Assembly (NCBI GenBank): GCA_016721825.1
Contig: JADKHI010000001.1
Span: forward strand, 512,314 to 576,313
Length of the DNA: 64,000 nucleotides
From: Flavobacteriales bacterium
Lineage (GTDB): Bacteria > Bacteroidota > Bacteroidia > Flavobacteriales_F > PHOS-HE28
Reading direction: 5' to 3'
Part shown: one piece after another, positions 39,385 to 50,222 of the stretch
How positions within the stretch are numbered: position 1 is the stretch's first letter
How the letters are laid out: each line of letters opens with the position of its first letter
Made by a program: the position numbers and the translations under genes
The notes under the pieces: generated by a model
Told to the model about the DNA's origin: nothing
The model's input: the letters and a program-made list of their open reading frames with translations, nothing else
The model's database searches: none

Positions 39385-41502
39385 ATGCTTCGCACCCTTC
39401 CCTTCCTGCTGCTGCTGCCGCTTGTCGGAACCTCCGTTTCCGCCCAGGACCGTTGCAATGCCCACACGCTCACCCAGCGATTCCTGAACGAACAAGGGCT
39501 ATCCACGGACATCGCACAAGCACTGGCGAAGCTTCCGGCCGGACATGTGAAGGCGGGTGGCTCGTTGACCGTTCCGGTCGCCGTGCACGTTGTGTGGAAC
39601 ACCGCGTCCGAGAACGTGCCTGATGCGACGATCATCGACATGATCGCGACCATGAACGAGGATTATCAAGGCCTGAACCCGGACTTCGGCAGTGTGCGGG
39701 CAACTTTCACTGGAGCGCAAGGCGTGCCGAACATCACCTTCTGCCTGGCCCAATTCGACCCCAATGGGAACGCCACCACCGGCATAACCCGCACGCAGAC
39801 CTCGGACAACTGGTTCGACCCGGACCTGGAGACCAACGACATGAAATCAGCTCCTAGCGGGATCGATCCCTGGGACCCCGAGAGCTACTTGAACATCTGG
39901 ATCTGCGACATCGCCAGCGGTCTGGGCGGCGGTCTGATCACCACCGGCTACGCCTACCTGCCGGTCGGTGGCATGGTCGGCAGCAGCATCGACGGTATCG
40001 TCATTGACTACAACTATGGATTGGACGCAGGCGCTCGCACGGCCACACATGAAGCCGGTCACTACCTCGGCCTTCAGCACCCATGGGGCTCCAACGGCGG
40101 TTGTGTCGATGATGACGGCTTCTCGGACACACCCGATACCGAAGGCCCGACCTTTTCCTGTACACCCACCAACCAGACCAGCTGCGGCGTATTGACCCAG
40201 TACGAGAACTTCATGGACTACAGCAGCTGTAGCTGCATGTTCACCGATCAGCAAGGCGCTGAAATGACCGACGTGCTCACCGGTGTTCGTTCAGGCCTGC
40301 TTTCGAGCAGTGGATGCAGCAGCACCACCACCGGACCTTGCATCCCCGCGAGCCTCACGGGTACGGACGATGGTGACTTCATTGACGGCGTTGTGCTCGG
40401 GACCATCAACAACACGGCATCCGGTTCCACAGGCGGCGCCAGCTACACGAATTACAGCAGCTCCGAATCAACTGTTGTGCAACCCGGTACGACCTACACC
40501 ATCAGCATCACCGGCGGCGACTATCAACCGGATCATTATGCCGCTTGGATCGACTACGACCAGGACGACACCTACGAGGCCTCTGAGAAATTGGGGGAAT
40601 TCACCACTACGGCCATCTTCCAGACCCAGACCCTGAGCTTCACCGTGCCAATGGGTGCCACACTGGGCACCACCACCATGCGTGTTCGCGGTGTCTATCA
40701 TGGTACCGGTGAGCCGAGCCCCACGGAACCTTGCTACGCCTACCAATATGGAGAGACCGAGGACTATGGCATCACGGTGACCAGCACGGGTGTTGGCGCT
40801 TGTATCCCCACCAGCACCAACGGCACGGCGGATGGCGACTTCATCGATGGTGTGGTGCTCGGAACGATCGTTAACACCAATTCCGGCAGCACCGCTGGTC
40901 CCACCTACAACGACTACACTTCGGAGAACACGGACCTGGCACGCAGCCAGTCCTATACCATCGCGATCACTGGCGGCGACTACCAGCCGGACCATTATGC
41001 GGCGTGGATCGACTACGACCAGGATGATACCTACGAGGCCGGAGAGAAGTTGGGCGAGTTCATCACGAACCAGATCGGCCAGACCCAGACCCTAACCTTC
41101 ACCGTACCGGGCGCGGCCACCTTGGGATCCACGCACATGCGTGTCCGTGGCGTGTTCCACAACACGGGCGAACCCAGCCCCACCGACCCTTGTTTCGCAT
41201 ATGCATGGGGCGAGACCGAGGATTACGGGGTCAACATCGAGGTGAGTACCGGGCTGGGAAGCGTGAATTCTTCCAGCGGCCTCCTTGTCACCTTGCGTGA
41301 TGATCGGATCCAGGTCCGCTTGCCAAGCGCAGAGGTCGGTGTCCTTCAAGTGCTCGATGCTTCGGGCCGCTTGGTGCTCAACATGCCGACCCGTTCAGAC
41401 GTTGTCCTCTTGGATATGGAGCCTTTCGCCGCTGGCATGCTGCAACTGGTCTGGACGACTCCTTCGAATCGCATGACCGGTCGTTTCGTGATCACGGAAT
41501 AA
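39385..41502 (+). CDS. M43-family (cytophagalysin/pappalysin-like) zinc metalloprotease with two GEVED domains and T9SS sorting domain
   Basis: Signal peptide MLRTLPFLLLLPLVGTSVSAQ. Zinc site THEAGHYLGLQHPWG with downstream NFMDYS. Two ~140-aa GEVED modules (YGETEDYGITV, WGETEDYGVNI). CTD: LQVLDASGRLVL..GRFVITE. Confidence 0.85.
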   Translation: MLRTLPFLLLLPLVGTSVSAQDRCNAHTLTQRFLNEQGLSTDIAQALAKLPAGHVKAGGSLTVPVAVHVVWNTASENVPDATIIDMIATMNEDYQGLNPDFGSVRATFTGAQGVPNITFCLAQFDPNGNATTGITRTQTSDNWFDPDLETNDMKSAPSGIDPWDPESYLNIWICDIASGLGGGLITTGYAYLPVGGMVGSSIDGIVIDYNYGLDAGARTATHEAGHYLGLQHPWGSNGGCVDDDGFSDTPDTEGPTFSCTPTNQTSCGVLTQYENFMDYSSCSCMFTDQQGAEMTDVLTGVRSGLLSSSGCSSTTTGPCIPASLTGTDDGDFIDGVVLGTINNTASGSTGGASYTNYSSSESTVVQPGTTYTISITGGDYQPDHYAAWIDYDQDDTYEASEKLGEFTTTAIFQTQTLSFTVPMGATLGTTTMRVRGVYHGTGEPSPTEPCYAYQYGETEDYGITVTSTGVGACIPTSTNGTADGDFIDGVVLGTIVNTNSGSTAGPTYNDYTSENTDLARSQSYTIAITGGDYQPDHYAAWIDYDQDDTYEAGEKLGEFITNQIGQTQTLTFTVPGAATLGSTHMRVRGVFHNTGEPSPTDPCFAYAWGETEDYGVNIEVSTGLGSVNSSSGLLVTLRDDRIQVRLPSAEVGVLQVLDASGRLVLNMPTRSDVVLLDMEPFAAGMLQLVWTTPSNRMTGRFVITE

Positions 41503-41625
41503 GTCGGTTCGTCGGTCCTTCTGGACCACTTGGCGAAAGGCCTTGTGCACAGGTCGAATCGACGGTCCTGGAGCGGAACGTCGTGGAGGTGGCCCTCGTA
41601 GACATATGGGCATACCCCCACGTCC

Positions 41626-42237
41626 ATGCACAGCGCCAACAACCTCCGCCCGCTCTTCTGGACCCTGTTCGTGCTATCGCTGCCAGCCTTCGGTCAGCGG
41701 GCGAGCCGCAGCGGCCTTGGCTTGAAAGGTGGTCTTCAAATGGCCACCACACGGACAGCGATCCTGAGCTATGATCCAGTACCCGGCGCAGTGCTCGGTG
41801 CCTATGCTCCGATCTGGGCCGGAGCGCGGCTCGAACTACAGCCTGAACTGCTCATCTCTGCACAAGGTTCCTCCATCAAGCCGGACGAAGGCACACGCCA
41901 AACCCTGCGCCTCTATTACGTGCAGCTCCCCATCAACATGAAGGTGTTCATGACCAACGTGCTGAACGTTCAGGCAGGGATACAAGCAGGTAGGCTCATT
42001 GTTGCGAACGCGGATCATGAGGACGTGACGGACCGCTACCAGCGCATGGATATCGGGCTGAACCTCGGTGCCGGGCTGGACTTCGCCCGTGGCATGGACC
42101 TCACTCTTCGGTACTACTCGGGCCTCACTCCTTTATTGGTGAATGACGATGTCCTCTTCCCCACCAACCGCACACTACAGCTTACCGCGGGTTACCGCAT
42201 GATGCGCTTCAAGGGCCACACCCGCAAGCGTCATTGA
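41626..42237 (+). CDS. Small outer-membrane beta-barrel (porin-family) protein
   Basis: Signal peptide LFWTLFVLSLPAFGQ, alternating beta-strand pattern, and a near-terminal aromatic residue (LTAGYRMMRF). Confidence 0.65.
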   Translation: MHSANNLRPLFWTLFVLSLPAFGQRASRSGLGLKGGLQMATTRTAILSYDPVPGAVLGAYAPIWAGARLELQPELLISAQGSSIKPDEGTRQTLRLYYVQLPINMKVFMTNVLNVQAGIQAGRLIVANADHEDVTDRYQRMDIGLNLGAGLDFARGMDLTLRYYSGLTPLLVNDDVLFPTNRTLQLTAGYRMMRFKGHTRKRH

Positions 42238-42301
42238 TCCCGTTCAGCGTTCGCTCGGTCCATGCCGGTATCTTCGCCGCGTCAAGGATCATTCACGCTT
42301 C

Positions 42302-43453
42302 GTGCACAAGCCGATCATCGCCATACTCGGAGGCGGCCAGTTGGGCCGCATGTTCATCGAGAACGCGCTTCGATATGATGTGGAGGTGCACGTGCTCGAT
42401 CCTGATGCACAGGCCCCTTGCGCCAAGCTGGCCCACCGCTTCGTCCATGGCCCTTTCAATGATCATGCGACCGTCATGCAGTTCGCGGCACATGCGGACG
42501 TGATCGGCATTGAGATCGAGCACGTCAACGTGGATGCCCTGGAAGAACTTCAGCGACAAGGCAAAGTCGTAGTGCCGGACCCGAGGGCCTTGCGGGTCAT
42601 TCAGGACAAGGGCCTTCAGAAGGAGTTCTATCGGACGAACGGCATCCCCACCGCGCCTTACCGCTTGGTCGAGGACCGCGCGGAACTAGCGACACTTGCC
42701 GACCGACTTCCCGCGTTCCTGAAATCGCGCATGGGCGGGTATGATGGCAAGGGAGTGATGGCCCTCCATACGAGCAGCGATGTGGAGAGCGCCTTCGACG
42801 GTCCCTATGTGCTCGAAGAGCGCACCGAGATCGCATTGGAACTGGCGGTGATCGTGGTGCGGGGCCTGAACGGTACAACGGTCGCATACGATCCCGTGGA
42901 GATGGTCTTCGATCCGAAGCTGAATCTGGTGGACCACCTCCAAGCTCCGGCACGCATCCCGCCCGAGGTGGCTTCAGCAGCGAGAACAATGGCCTTGAAA
43001 GTGGCCAATGCTCTCGATTCTCCCGGCCTCCTCGCCGTGGAACTCTTCCTGACCCCTGATGGACAACTGCTCGTGAACGAATGTGCTCCCCGTGCGCACA
43101 ACAGCGGACACCACACGATCGAAGCCTGCGCAAGCAGTCAGTTCGATCAACTGCTCCGCGTTTACATGGGTTGGCCGTTGGGAGACACCACCCTTCGCAA
43201 GCTCGCGGCCATGGTCAACTTGGTCGGTGCAGGTGGGACCGGTGCGCCTGTGCTCAAAGGTGCGAATGACATCCTTCACTTGCCCGATACCTTCATCCAC
43301 CTCTATGGAAAAGTGGAGACCCGCACCGGTCGGAAGATGGGCCATGTGACCGTGCTCGCCAATGACCAGAGCTCCTTGGACCAGGCGATCGCCGTGACCA
43401 AAGTGCATGGACGCGTGGTGCCGCTCACCGCAGATGAATACTTCAACGCTTGA
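42302..43453 (+). CDS. purK: N5-carboxyaminoimidazole ribonucleotide synthase
   Basis: GTG start. [16 protein letters not shown]-grasp body, and [17 protein letters not shown]. Confidence 0.9.
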   Translation: MHKPIIAILGGGQLGRMFIENALRYDVEVHVLDPDAQAPCAKLAHRFVHGPFNDHATVMQFAAHADVIGIEIEHVNVDALEELQRQGKVVVPDPRALRVIQDKGLQKEFYRTNGIPTAPYRLVEDRAELATLADRLPAFLKSRMGGYDGKGVMALHTSSDVESAFDGPYVLEERTEIALELAVIVVRGLNGTTVAYDPVEMVFDPKLNLVDHLQAPARIPPEVASAARTMALKVANALDSPGLLAVELFLTPDGQLLVNECAPRAHNSGHHTIEACASSQFDQLLRVYMGWPLGDTTLRKLAAMVNLVGAGGTGAPVLKGANDILHLPDTFIHLYGKVETRTGRKMGHVTVLANDQSSLDQAIAVTKVHGRVVPLTADEYFNA

Positions 43454-43469
43454 CCAACCCGAACGAACT

Positions 43470-43973
43470 ATGGTAGGTATCATCATGGGCAGCCGCAGCG
43501 ATCTGGAAGTGATGCGCGAAGCCGTGGACATCCTGAAGGAATTGGGGGTGGCCTACGAACTGACGGTGGTAAGCGCACACCGCACGCCGGACCGTATGGC
43601 TGTTTATGCGAAGGGTGCCGCAGCACGCGGGTTGAAGGTGATCATCGCAGGCGCTGGTGGTGCAGCCCATCTGCCCGGCATGGTGGCCTCTTACACGACC
43701 CTCCCCGTGATCGGTGTACCAGTGAAGAGCCGCAACAGCATTGACGGCTGGGATTCGCTGCTCAGCATTGTGCAGATGCCCGGCGGAGTGCCGGTGGCCA
43801 CAGTGGCCGTGAACGGTGCCCTGAACGCCGGGATCCTCGCCGCCCAGATCATCGGAACCTCCGACAAGGAGCTGTCACTGCGACTTCAGGCCTACAAGGT
43901 GGGCTTGACCGAGAAGGTGGGCGAAGGCATCAACGCGTTGCGTCAACAGTACCCCAACGGGTTCGACAAGTGA
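43470..43973 (+). CDS. purE: N5-carboxyaminoimidazole ribonucleotide mutase
   Basis: ORF 43407-43973, with the start moved to ATG 43470. [37 protein letters not shown] and PVIGVPV. Confidence 0.95.
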   Translation: MVGIIMGSRSDLEVMREAVDILKELGVAYELTVVSAHRTPDRMAVYAKGAAARGLKVIIAGAGGAAHLPGMVASYTTLPVIGVPVKSRNSIDGWDSLLSIVQMPGGVPVATVAVNGALNAGILAAQIIGTSDKELSLRLQAYKVGLTEKVGEGINALRQQYPNGFDK

Positions 43974-44401
43974 AACAGGCCATCGGCACTTCGGGCCCGG
44001 TGCATGTGCTCCGCTTGGAGCCTGGGGAGGATCTGCGGCCCGCCATTCAGGCCTGGGCCACCAAGTCGAACATCGAAGCAGCCACCGTGATCAGTGCGGT
44101 GGGTAGCCTGAGCGCCGCGCACTTGCGCTATGCCGGTCGCGCCGATGGCATCATGATAACAGGTGAGCTGGAGGTCTGCTCCTTCTCTGGCACGCTCGCC
44201 AAGCACGGACTGCACCTTCACCTTTCCGTAGCGGATCGTGATGGTGCCATGGTGGGTGGGCATCTGCTGCCCGGATGCATCGTTCGTACGACAATGGAAC
44301 TCGTGATCCAGCAGATCGAGGGTGTTCGCATGGCGCGTGCGAAGGACATGGTGACGACCTACGACGAACTGGATCCACAGCAGCTTCCCAGCAAGCCCTA
44401 A
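43970..44401 (+). CDS. PPC (DUF296) domain protein
   Basis: Typical DUF296/PCC pattern: [31 protein letters not shown]...G.HLH.SVAD.DG...GGHL. ATGA overlap with the purE stop. Confidence 0.7.
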   Translation: MKQAIGTSGPVHVLRLEPGEDLRPAIQAWATKSNIEAATVISAVGSLSAAHLRYAGRADGIMITGELEVCSFSGTLAKHGLHLHLSVADRDGAMVGGHLLPGCIVRTTMELVIQQIEGVRMARAKDMVTTYDELDPQQLPSKP

Positions 44402-45015
44402 GGCACGACCTCCATCAGCGTATGCTGCGGGCGGATGTAAGGGTAGATCTCGTCCACATCGGTGTTGCGCAGAGCGATGCACCCCCAGGTCCAATCCTGC
44501 GCCTGATCGATCCAGTGGTCCATGCCATCCGGCACACCGTGGATCCCGATCTCGCCACCGATGTCCTTACCCGCTGGGATCTCGCCCTTGGCTTGGCGTG
44601 CCTTGTAGCGCTTCCAACTCTCGGCATTGGGATAGTCCACCCAGATGAACTTGTGCCACTGGTCATGCACGCGCTTGCTGCGGAAGGTGAAGGTGCCTTC
44701 CGGGGTGCGCCTATCCCCTTGGTAATACTTATCGCCAACGGGTTTCTCTCCCAACACGCAGGGGTAGCTCTTACGAAGCGTGTCGTTCACGAACACCTCG
44801 AAGATCCGCTCGCTCTTGTCGACATGGAAGCGCACGGTCCTGGCGTCCAAGTGCAAGCTGTCCAACAGCCTGGCCAGGGAAACGGGGGGGGCATCATCTA
44901 CGACCACGGCCGTAGCGGGCTCCACTGTAGATGCGTGCTCCTGCCCCGAACCGGGGACCTGGCATGAGACCAACAACGGCAGGGAGATCGTGAATAGAAG
45001 GGGTGCTGAGCGCAT
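44398..45015 (-). CDS. L,D-transpeptidase (YkuD domain) lipoprotein
   Basis: ORF to 45051, with the start moved to ATG 45015 (lipobox MRSAPLLFTISLPLLVSCQ). Catalytic region IGIHGVPDG..DWTWGCIALRNTDVDEIY. Confidence 0.8.
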   Translation of the reverse strand: MRSAPLLFTISLPLLVSCQVPGSGQEHASTVEPATAVVVDDAPPVSLARLLDSLHLDARTVRFHVDKSERIFEVFVNDTLRKSYPCVLGEKPVGDKYYQGDRRTPEGTFTFRSKRVHDQWHKFIWVDYPNAESWKRYKARQAKGEIPAGKDIGGEIGIHGVPDGMDHWIDQAQDWTWGCIALRNTDVDEIYPYIRPQHTLMEVVP

Positions 45016-45068
45016 TCGAAAGGGATCGGGTATCGAACGTGAATGCGGCATTCCTCCGTATGTAACGC

Positions 45069-45690
<622 letters not shown>

Positions 45691-45729
45691 TGATAAGTTG
45701 GATCTGGACTTTTGCACATGCCCCTTCGA

Positions 45730-48057
45730 TCAATGATGCTCAGCACCCCATGAGTAACGGATCACGACCGAGACATCCGATCCACGCGCATCGGTGTAGT
45801 ACCGAAAACGGTCCAGATAATCGCGATAGGCCAGGTTCAATAGGTTGTTCCCCTGCACTCCGAGCCGCAGCTCGTTCTTCCCCAATGGCTTGGTAGCGCT
45901 GCAGGACAGCCCCAACAAGTGGTAACCCGGCGGTGGTTCGGTGAAGTCCAGTCCGACAGGATAACGGGTCTGCTCTAGGACAAGCGTGCTCGTGCACGAG
46001 GCTTCGATCGCGCGCCAACCTCCGGCCTCCTTGTTCCGCCAGATGAGGCTGTTCTCTCCTCTATCGGCCGGCATCTGGAACAGCCATTCGTCGCGCACCT
46101 GATCACGACCCCGCACGAAGCTCCACCGCGAGCGCAGCGACCAACGTGCGCTGAATGCGAACTCACCGGAGAGGTCGAGCCCCCACAACAAGGCATCCGT
46201 AGAAACGTATGCGAACTCCGGAAAGGCGCCCCGTATGGTGAGCTGGTAACCTTGTGGACGCAGGTAGATGTAGTTCGCTATGCGGTCCAAGTAGACCGTA
46301 CCGCCCCAGCTCAACCTCTTGTTGAGCCAGCGCCCCTCAACATCGACGCTGGCCTTCAAGGAACGTTCGCTGCCCAAGGTCGGATCACCGATCTCGATGG
46401 CTGCTGAACCATGGTGCAGGCCTTCGCTGTAAAGCTCGCTCACTTGCGGAGGCCTGAAGGCGGAGCTGACATTGGCCCTGAAATGCGTGCTATCCGCGAG
46501 CGTCCTGTTCACGCCGAAGCTGAAAGCATGGTTCACGAACTCGTGCTCTGGCATGATGTAAACGTCATTGAGGTCGTACTTACTGACCTGCAACCGCGAA
46601 GCTTCGAGTCGTGCGCCCGCCTCGAACTCCAGCCGCTCTCCGAGCGGAAGGTGCTCCAGAACGAACACCCCACCAGAGACCTTCTCGAAGTCCGGGATCA
46701 GGGGTCGGATGCCGGTGCCGGGGATGTTCGTGTTACGCTGGAAAACCCCGTTCGCACCGACCTTGCCGTGCAAGTGCTTGCCGATGAAATGCTTGAACAC
46801 AGCGTCCCCCGTATGCGTCGCGAGCCAAAGGTCGATCGCCGGTCGTTCGGTTCGCCCACCGCGCCGTATGTCGAACTCCTGGCGATCATCCGCCTGGTAA
46901 CCATAGGTGAGGACCAGCTCGTTCCGGTCGGTCAGGCGGTAGGTCGATCCGACCTTCAGCAGGTGATGTTGCACGGATTGGCGAGGCGCTTCGATCGCAT
47001 AGGTGAACGGTTCCTGATACCATGGCTCACCGCTTTCGATGGCGTTCTGCAGATCGGTGAGGTTGCCGATGTGCGAGGCTCTGAGGATCCCCAACTCACG
47101 GGCGAAGTAGCTGTAGAAGATATCCACGCCCCCCCGAAAGCGGTGCCAGCCAAGCGCGGCTGAACCACCCGATTCACGCACACCCGTGTTGCTCAGAACA
47201 TAGTTCGGGGCTTCCGCATCACCGAGGTACCGACCACCACCTTGCACCCGCCAACCAAGACCGCGAACGGAAGGAATGGTGCCTTGGAGAGATCCGTTGC
47301 CACCGCCTCCACGTCCGTTCAGCAAGCCCACACCACGCAACTCACCGCGCAACCCGCCCTCACGCGGAAGCTCCACCGGTTCGGTGATCACTACACCCCC
47401 CATCGCATCGGCACCATACTGCACCGAGGCTGCGCCCTTCAACACGGTGATGCGATCACTGGAGAAGGGATCCAAGTTCGGCGCATGCTCGGTGCCCCAT
47501 TGCTGATCCTCCTGGCGGATGCCTTGGTTCAACGTGAGGATCCTGTTCCCGTACAGGCCATGGATCACAGGCTTGTTGATGGTCGGCCCCGAGCTGAGCA
47601 TGTTCACGCCAGGAATGCTGGAAAGCGCCTCCGCCAATGTTCGCCCAGCTGAGGACTCCAAGGCGGCCTTGTCCAGTTCGGTCCGCGATAGACCCACGTT
47701 CTCATCCGGTCGCTTCCGGATGACCTCCAGATCCTTCAATTCGGACTCGTGATGTTCAAGGAAAAGATCCTTCTCCGTGGACCGTGACAGCTGGATCTTC
47801 ACGATGACCGGGTCACAACCCAAGTGCGCGACCTGTAGCGTATAGCTCCCTTCGCAAAGCCCTTCGATCCGATACACGCCCTGTTCATCCGCTTGAACGG
47901 ACCGCGCAAGCTCCAAGATCCGCACCTCAGCGAAGCCCAAGCCCGAGCGGTCATGCTCATCGGACACCCGACCGCTGAGCACAAGCTCGCAACCCAGTGG
48001 TTGGGCGAGCAACGGCCACGGAAATAGGAACAGGAACAGAAGGACCGAACGGAACAT
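45730..48057 (-). CDS. TonB-dependent receptor with N-terminal carboxypeptidase-regulatory-like domain
   Basis: ORF to 48093, with the start moved to ATG 48057 (MFRSVLLFLFLFPWPLLAQ). CarboxypepD_reg-like domain LSGRVSDEHDRSGLGFAEVRI..GVYRIEGL..GSYTLQV. Plug domain NKPVIHGLYGNRILTLNQGIRQEDQQWGTEHAP. Long beta-barrel. Confidence 0.85.
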   Translation of the reverse strand: MFRSVLLFLFLFPWPLLAQPLGCELVLSGRVSDEHDRSGLGFAEVRILELARSVQADEQGVYRIEGLCEGSYTLQVAHLGCDPVIVKIQLSRSTEKDLFLEHHESELKDLEVIRKRPDENVGLSRTELDKAALESSAGRTLAEALSSIPGVNMLSSGPTINKPVIHGLYGNRILTLNQGIRQEDQQWGTEHAPNLDPFSSDRITVLKGAASVQYGADAMGGVVITEPVELPREGGLRGELRGVGLLNGRGGGGNGSLQGTIPSVRGLGWRVQGGGRYLGDAEAPNYVLSNTGVRESGGSAALGWHRFRGGVDIFYSYFARELGILRASHIGNLTDLQNAIESGEPWYQEPFTYAIEAPRQSVQHHLLKVGSTYRLTDRNELVLTYGYQADDRQEFDIRRGGRTERPAIDLWLATHTGDAVFKHFIGKHLHGKVGANGVFQRNTNIPGTGIRPLIPDFEKVSGGVFVLEHLPLGERLEFEAGARLEASRLQVSKYDLNDVYIMPEHEFVNHAFSFGVNRTLADSTHFRANVSSAFRPPQVSELYSEGLHHGSAAIEIGDPTLGSERSLKASVDVEGRWLNKRLSWGGTVYLDRIANYIYLRPQGYQLTIRGAFPEFAYVSTDALLWGLDLSGEFAFSARWSLRSRWSFVRGRDQVRDEWLFQMPADRGENSLIWRNKEAGGWRAIEASCTSTLVLEQTRYPVGLDFTEPPPGYHLLGLSCSATKPLGKNELRLGVQGNNLLNLAYRDYLDRFRYYTDARGSDVSVVIRYSWGAEHH

Positions 48058-48146
48058 GGAAAGCGGAGCAAGCGTATGAATGGGGAAGGCCACCGGCCCT
48101 CACATTGGGGCGCACTAAGGAGCCAAGCTGCCGCGTATTGCGGCGA

Positions 48147-48464
48147 TCATACCACGGCAGGTGGTCCACGAGCGGCCCGCTCGACCAGGGCCCCATCAGC
48201 GCAGGATGCCAACCGGTCGGTGGCCTCGGCACGGAGAACGGTGCAAAGCGCGCTTCTCAAGACCTGGGCATCATCCACCATCGGCGGAACCGTCAGCTCA
48301 CAGATCGAGCAGTGCTCATCGGCTTCTAACGACCGATCATGCTCCCTTTCGTGATGAGCACCTTGCTTCGCGCACTCATGGAGAACCGTCCTTGGCGTGT
48401 TCCAGAACACCATAACGCCCAGTAGAAGCAAGGCGATGGTATGACGGATCCCGGACAAGCGCAT
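48147..48464 (-). CDS. Small His/Cys-rich membrane-anchored hypothetical protein upstream of the receptor
   Basis: One TM helix (HTIALLLLGVMVFW), then HECAKQGAHHEREHD..DEHCSICE. The position and strand fit an operon with the receptor. Coding status is uncertain. Confidence 0.4.
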   Translation of the reverse strand: MRLSGIRHTIALLLLGVMVFWNTPRTVLHECAKQGAHHEREHDRSLEADEHCSICELTVPPMVDDAQVLRSALCTVLRAEATDRLASCADGALVERAARGPPAVV

Positions 48465-48583
48465 GGTTCAAAGCTAAGTTCATTCGCGTAGCTCCACAGC
48501 TGGCTGTTCATGAACGGACCATCCCAACGTGAGTTCTGAATTCGGGTTCCACGTATCTTTCCCTTGAAGCTTGCACTCGATCC

Positions 48584-48958
48584 ATGGCCTTCTCTTCGAT
48601 CCGCACCTGCCTTTTCGCCGTTGCCTTTCTGGGTGGCGCGCTCGTGCATGGGCAGACCGCTCAAGCCTTGGACCGACTCTCCGATGATCTCTGTGGTTGT
48701 ATAGCGCACGTGGACGCCAAGGCGCCTGACGCCAAGCTGGATGCCAGTGTGCGCCGCTGTTTGGAGGATGCTGTTGTTTACCACCCGGCCACGGTGAACG
48801 CCTTGATCCGACGCGAAAAAGGGGACGGCACCAACGCCTTTCACCTTGGGCGTTCGTTGGGTACGCTGCTTGATCGTGACTGCCCGGCCTTCCAGGTAGT
48901 GAAGGCGAGATTGCAGCAGATCCAAACCACTGGATCGTTGAAAAAGGGACGGACCTGA
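48584..48958 (+). CDS. Small secreted hypothetical protein
   Basis: Signal peptide MAFSSIRTCLFAVAFLGGALVHGQ and four Cys in the mature part. I recognise no family. Confidence 0.55.
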   Translation: MAFSSIRTCLFAVAFLGGALVHGQTAQALDRLSDDLCGCIAHVDAKAPDAKLDASVRRCLEDAVVYHPATVNALIRREKGDGTNAFHLGRSLGTLLDRDCPAFQVVKARLQQIQTTGSLKKGRT

Positions 48959-49013
48959 CCCTCCTTCAGCAGAGCCGACGGCACCTAGATTCGCCGTAAC
49001 CTTTCATTTCACC

Positions 49014-50222
49014 ATGACGCGTTCACTTTTTGCGCTCCTGCTGGGCGCTATGCTGTCTTCCTCACCGCTTACCGCTGCTTGGACCCCGCTCAGCACAGGC
49101 TTGATCAGCTCGCGGAGCATGACCAGCCACGGCGGCGACCTTTTCGTGGCCTGCTTTCCAACAGGGATCCAAAAGAGCACCAACGGTGGTGCCTCCTGGG
49201 TGCAAGTCAATACCGGGCTTCCACAATCGGGTGGTAACTACTACGTGCGTTCGGTGGGATCCAACGGCACCTGGCTCTTCGTAGGCACTGAGTCCGGGGT
49301 ATTCCGCTCCAATGATGGCGGTGCCACCTGGGCAAATACGAACGGCAGCCTCACCGCTTCATCCACCGTGTTCGCGAACCGCTTCTACACCTTCGGTGGA
49401 GTTACGATGGCCATGTTCGCTGGCACCATTGCCAACGGCGGTGGCATCTGGCGCACCAGCAACGGCAGCAGTTGGAGCATCGGACACTCCGGCATGGGCA
49501 GCAATGCAGTGGTGAACCACCTCAAGCAAGTGGGCACCAGCCTGTACGCCAGCACGAGCGTTGGCCTGTTCAAGAGCCTGGACAACGGACTGAGTTGGAC
49601 CGCCGTTGCCAGTGCCAACTATGCCACGTTCGCGCTTGCTGAAAGCAATGGTAGCCTGGTGATCAACTGCACCTTCGGAATACGGTACAGTACGAATAAC
49701 GGAACGAGCTGGATCGACGCCACCGGCGACCCCTCCAACCCTGCTTCCGGTGACCTCATGGCCTTTGATGGCAAGGTCTACGCCCTCTGTCCCTCACCCA
49801 CCGGTTGCCTGATCTCCTACGACCAAGGCGTCACCTGGGCCGCGTTCAACACGGGCTTCGGTGCTGCTGACGCGATCTCGCAGGATGAACTTTACACGGA
49901 TGGGACGACCCTTTACTGTCTGGCCATTCTTGACATCTATTCGATCGACGGTATTGGTCAAGGCATCGCTAGCATTTCCAAAGCAAGGGCGACCCTCTAC
50001 CCATTGCCGGCTCAATCCGGCTTCTGGTTGGAGCTCGAACAGCCCTTGGAATACGGCCAGCTCGTGATGCTTGACGCTTTGGGGCGTGAGGTCAGCCGCA
50101 TGCGTTGGTCAGGCCAACGTCAGTGGATAGAGCGTCATAGCGAAGCATCCGGCGCTTACCGCTGTGTGCTGCTTGATGGATCAGGTGCGAGCTACTGGTC
50201 GAGCGCTGTTGTGTTCGAATGA
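49014..50222 (+). CDS. BNR/Asp-box repeat (beta-propeller-like) protein with T9SS C-terminal sorting domain
   Basis: Signal peptide. Asp-box motifs STNGGASW, SNDGGATW, SLDNGLSW, STNNGTSW and SYDQGVTW. CTD: LYPLPAQSGFWLEL..GAYRCVL. Confidence 0.8.
   Translation: MTRSLFALLLGAMLSSSPLTAAWTPLSTGLISSRSMTSHGGDLFVACFPTGIQKSTNGGASWVQVNTGLPQSGGNYYVRSVGSNGTWLFVGTESGVFRSNDGGATWANTNGSLTASSTVFANRFYTFGGVTMAMFAGTIANGGGIWRTSNGSSWSIGHSGMGSNAVVNHLKQVGTSLYASTSVGLFKSLDNGLSWTAVASANYATFALAESNGSLVINCTFGIRYSTNNGTSWIDATGDPSNPASGDLMAFDGKVYALCPSPTGCLISYDQGVTWAAFNTGFGAADAISQDELYTDGTTLYCLAILDIYSIDGIGQGIASISKARATLYPLPAQSGFWLELEQPLEYGQLVMLDALGREVSRMRWSGQRQWIERHSEASGAYRCVLLDGSGASYWSSAVVFE

Noticed and set aside
44884-44891. 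G8/C8 homopolymer tracts inside the L,D-transpeptidase (44884-44891) and lipoprotein (45546-45553) coding sequences, as possible phase-variation switches.
   Set aside because: Runs of 7-8 G or C occur elsewhere in this GC-rich window inside ordinary genes (for example near 24776, 38686 and 47128), each encoding Pro/Gly. They are not clearly above background. They are mentioned only as context.
48058-48200. A possible cobalamin riboswitch upstream of the TonB-dependent receptor (a GGGAAGGCCACC-like string near 48083).
   Set aside because: The string is on the wrong strand for the minus-strand receptor. I could not find a B12-box or the other conserved riboswitch elements on the minus strand. 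The region is better explained by the end of a small ORF.
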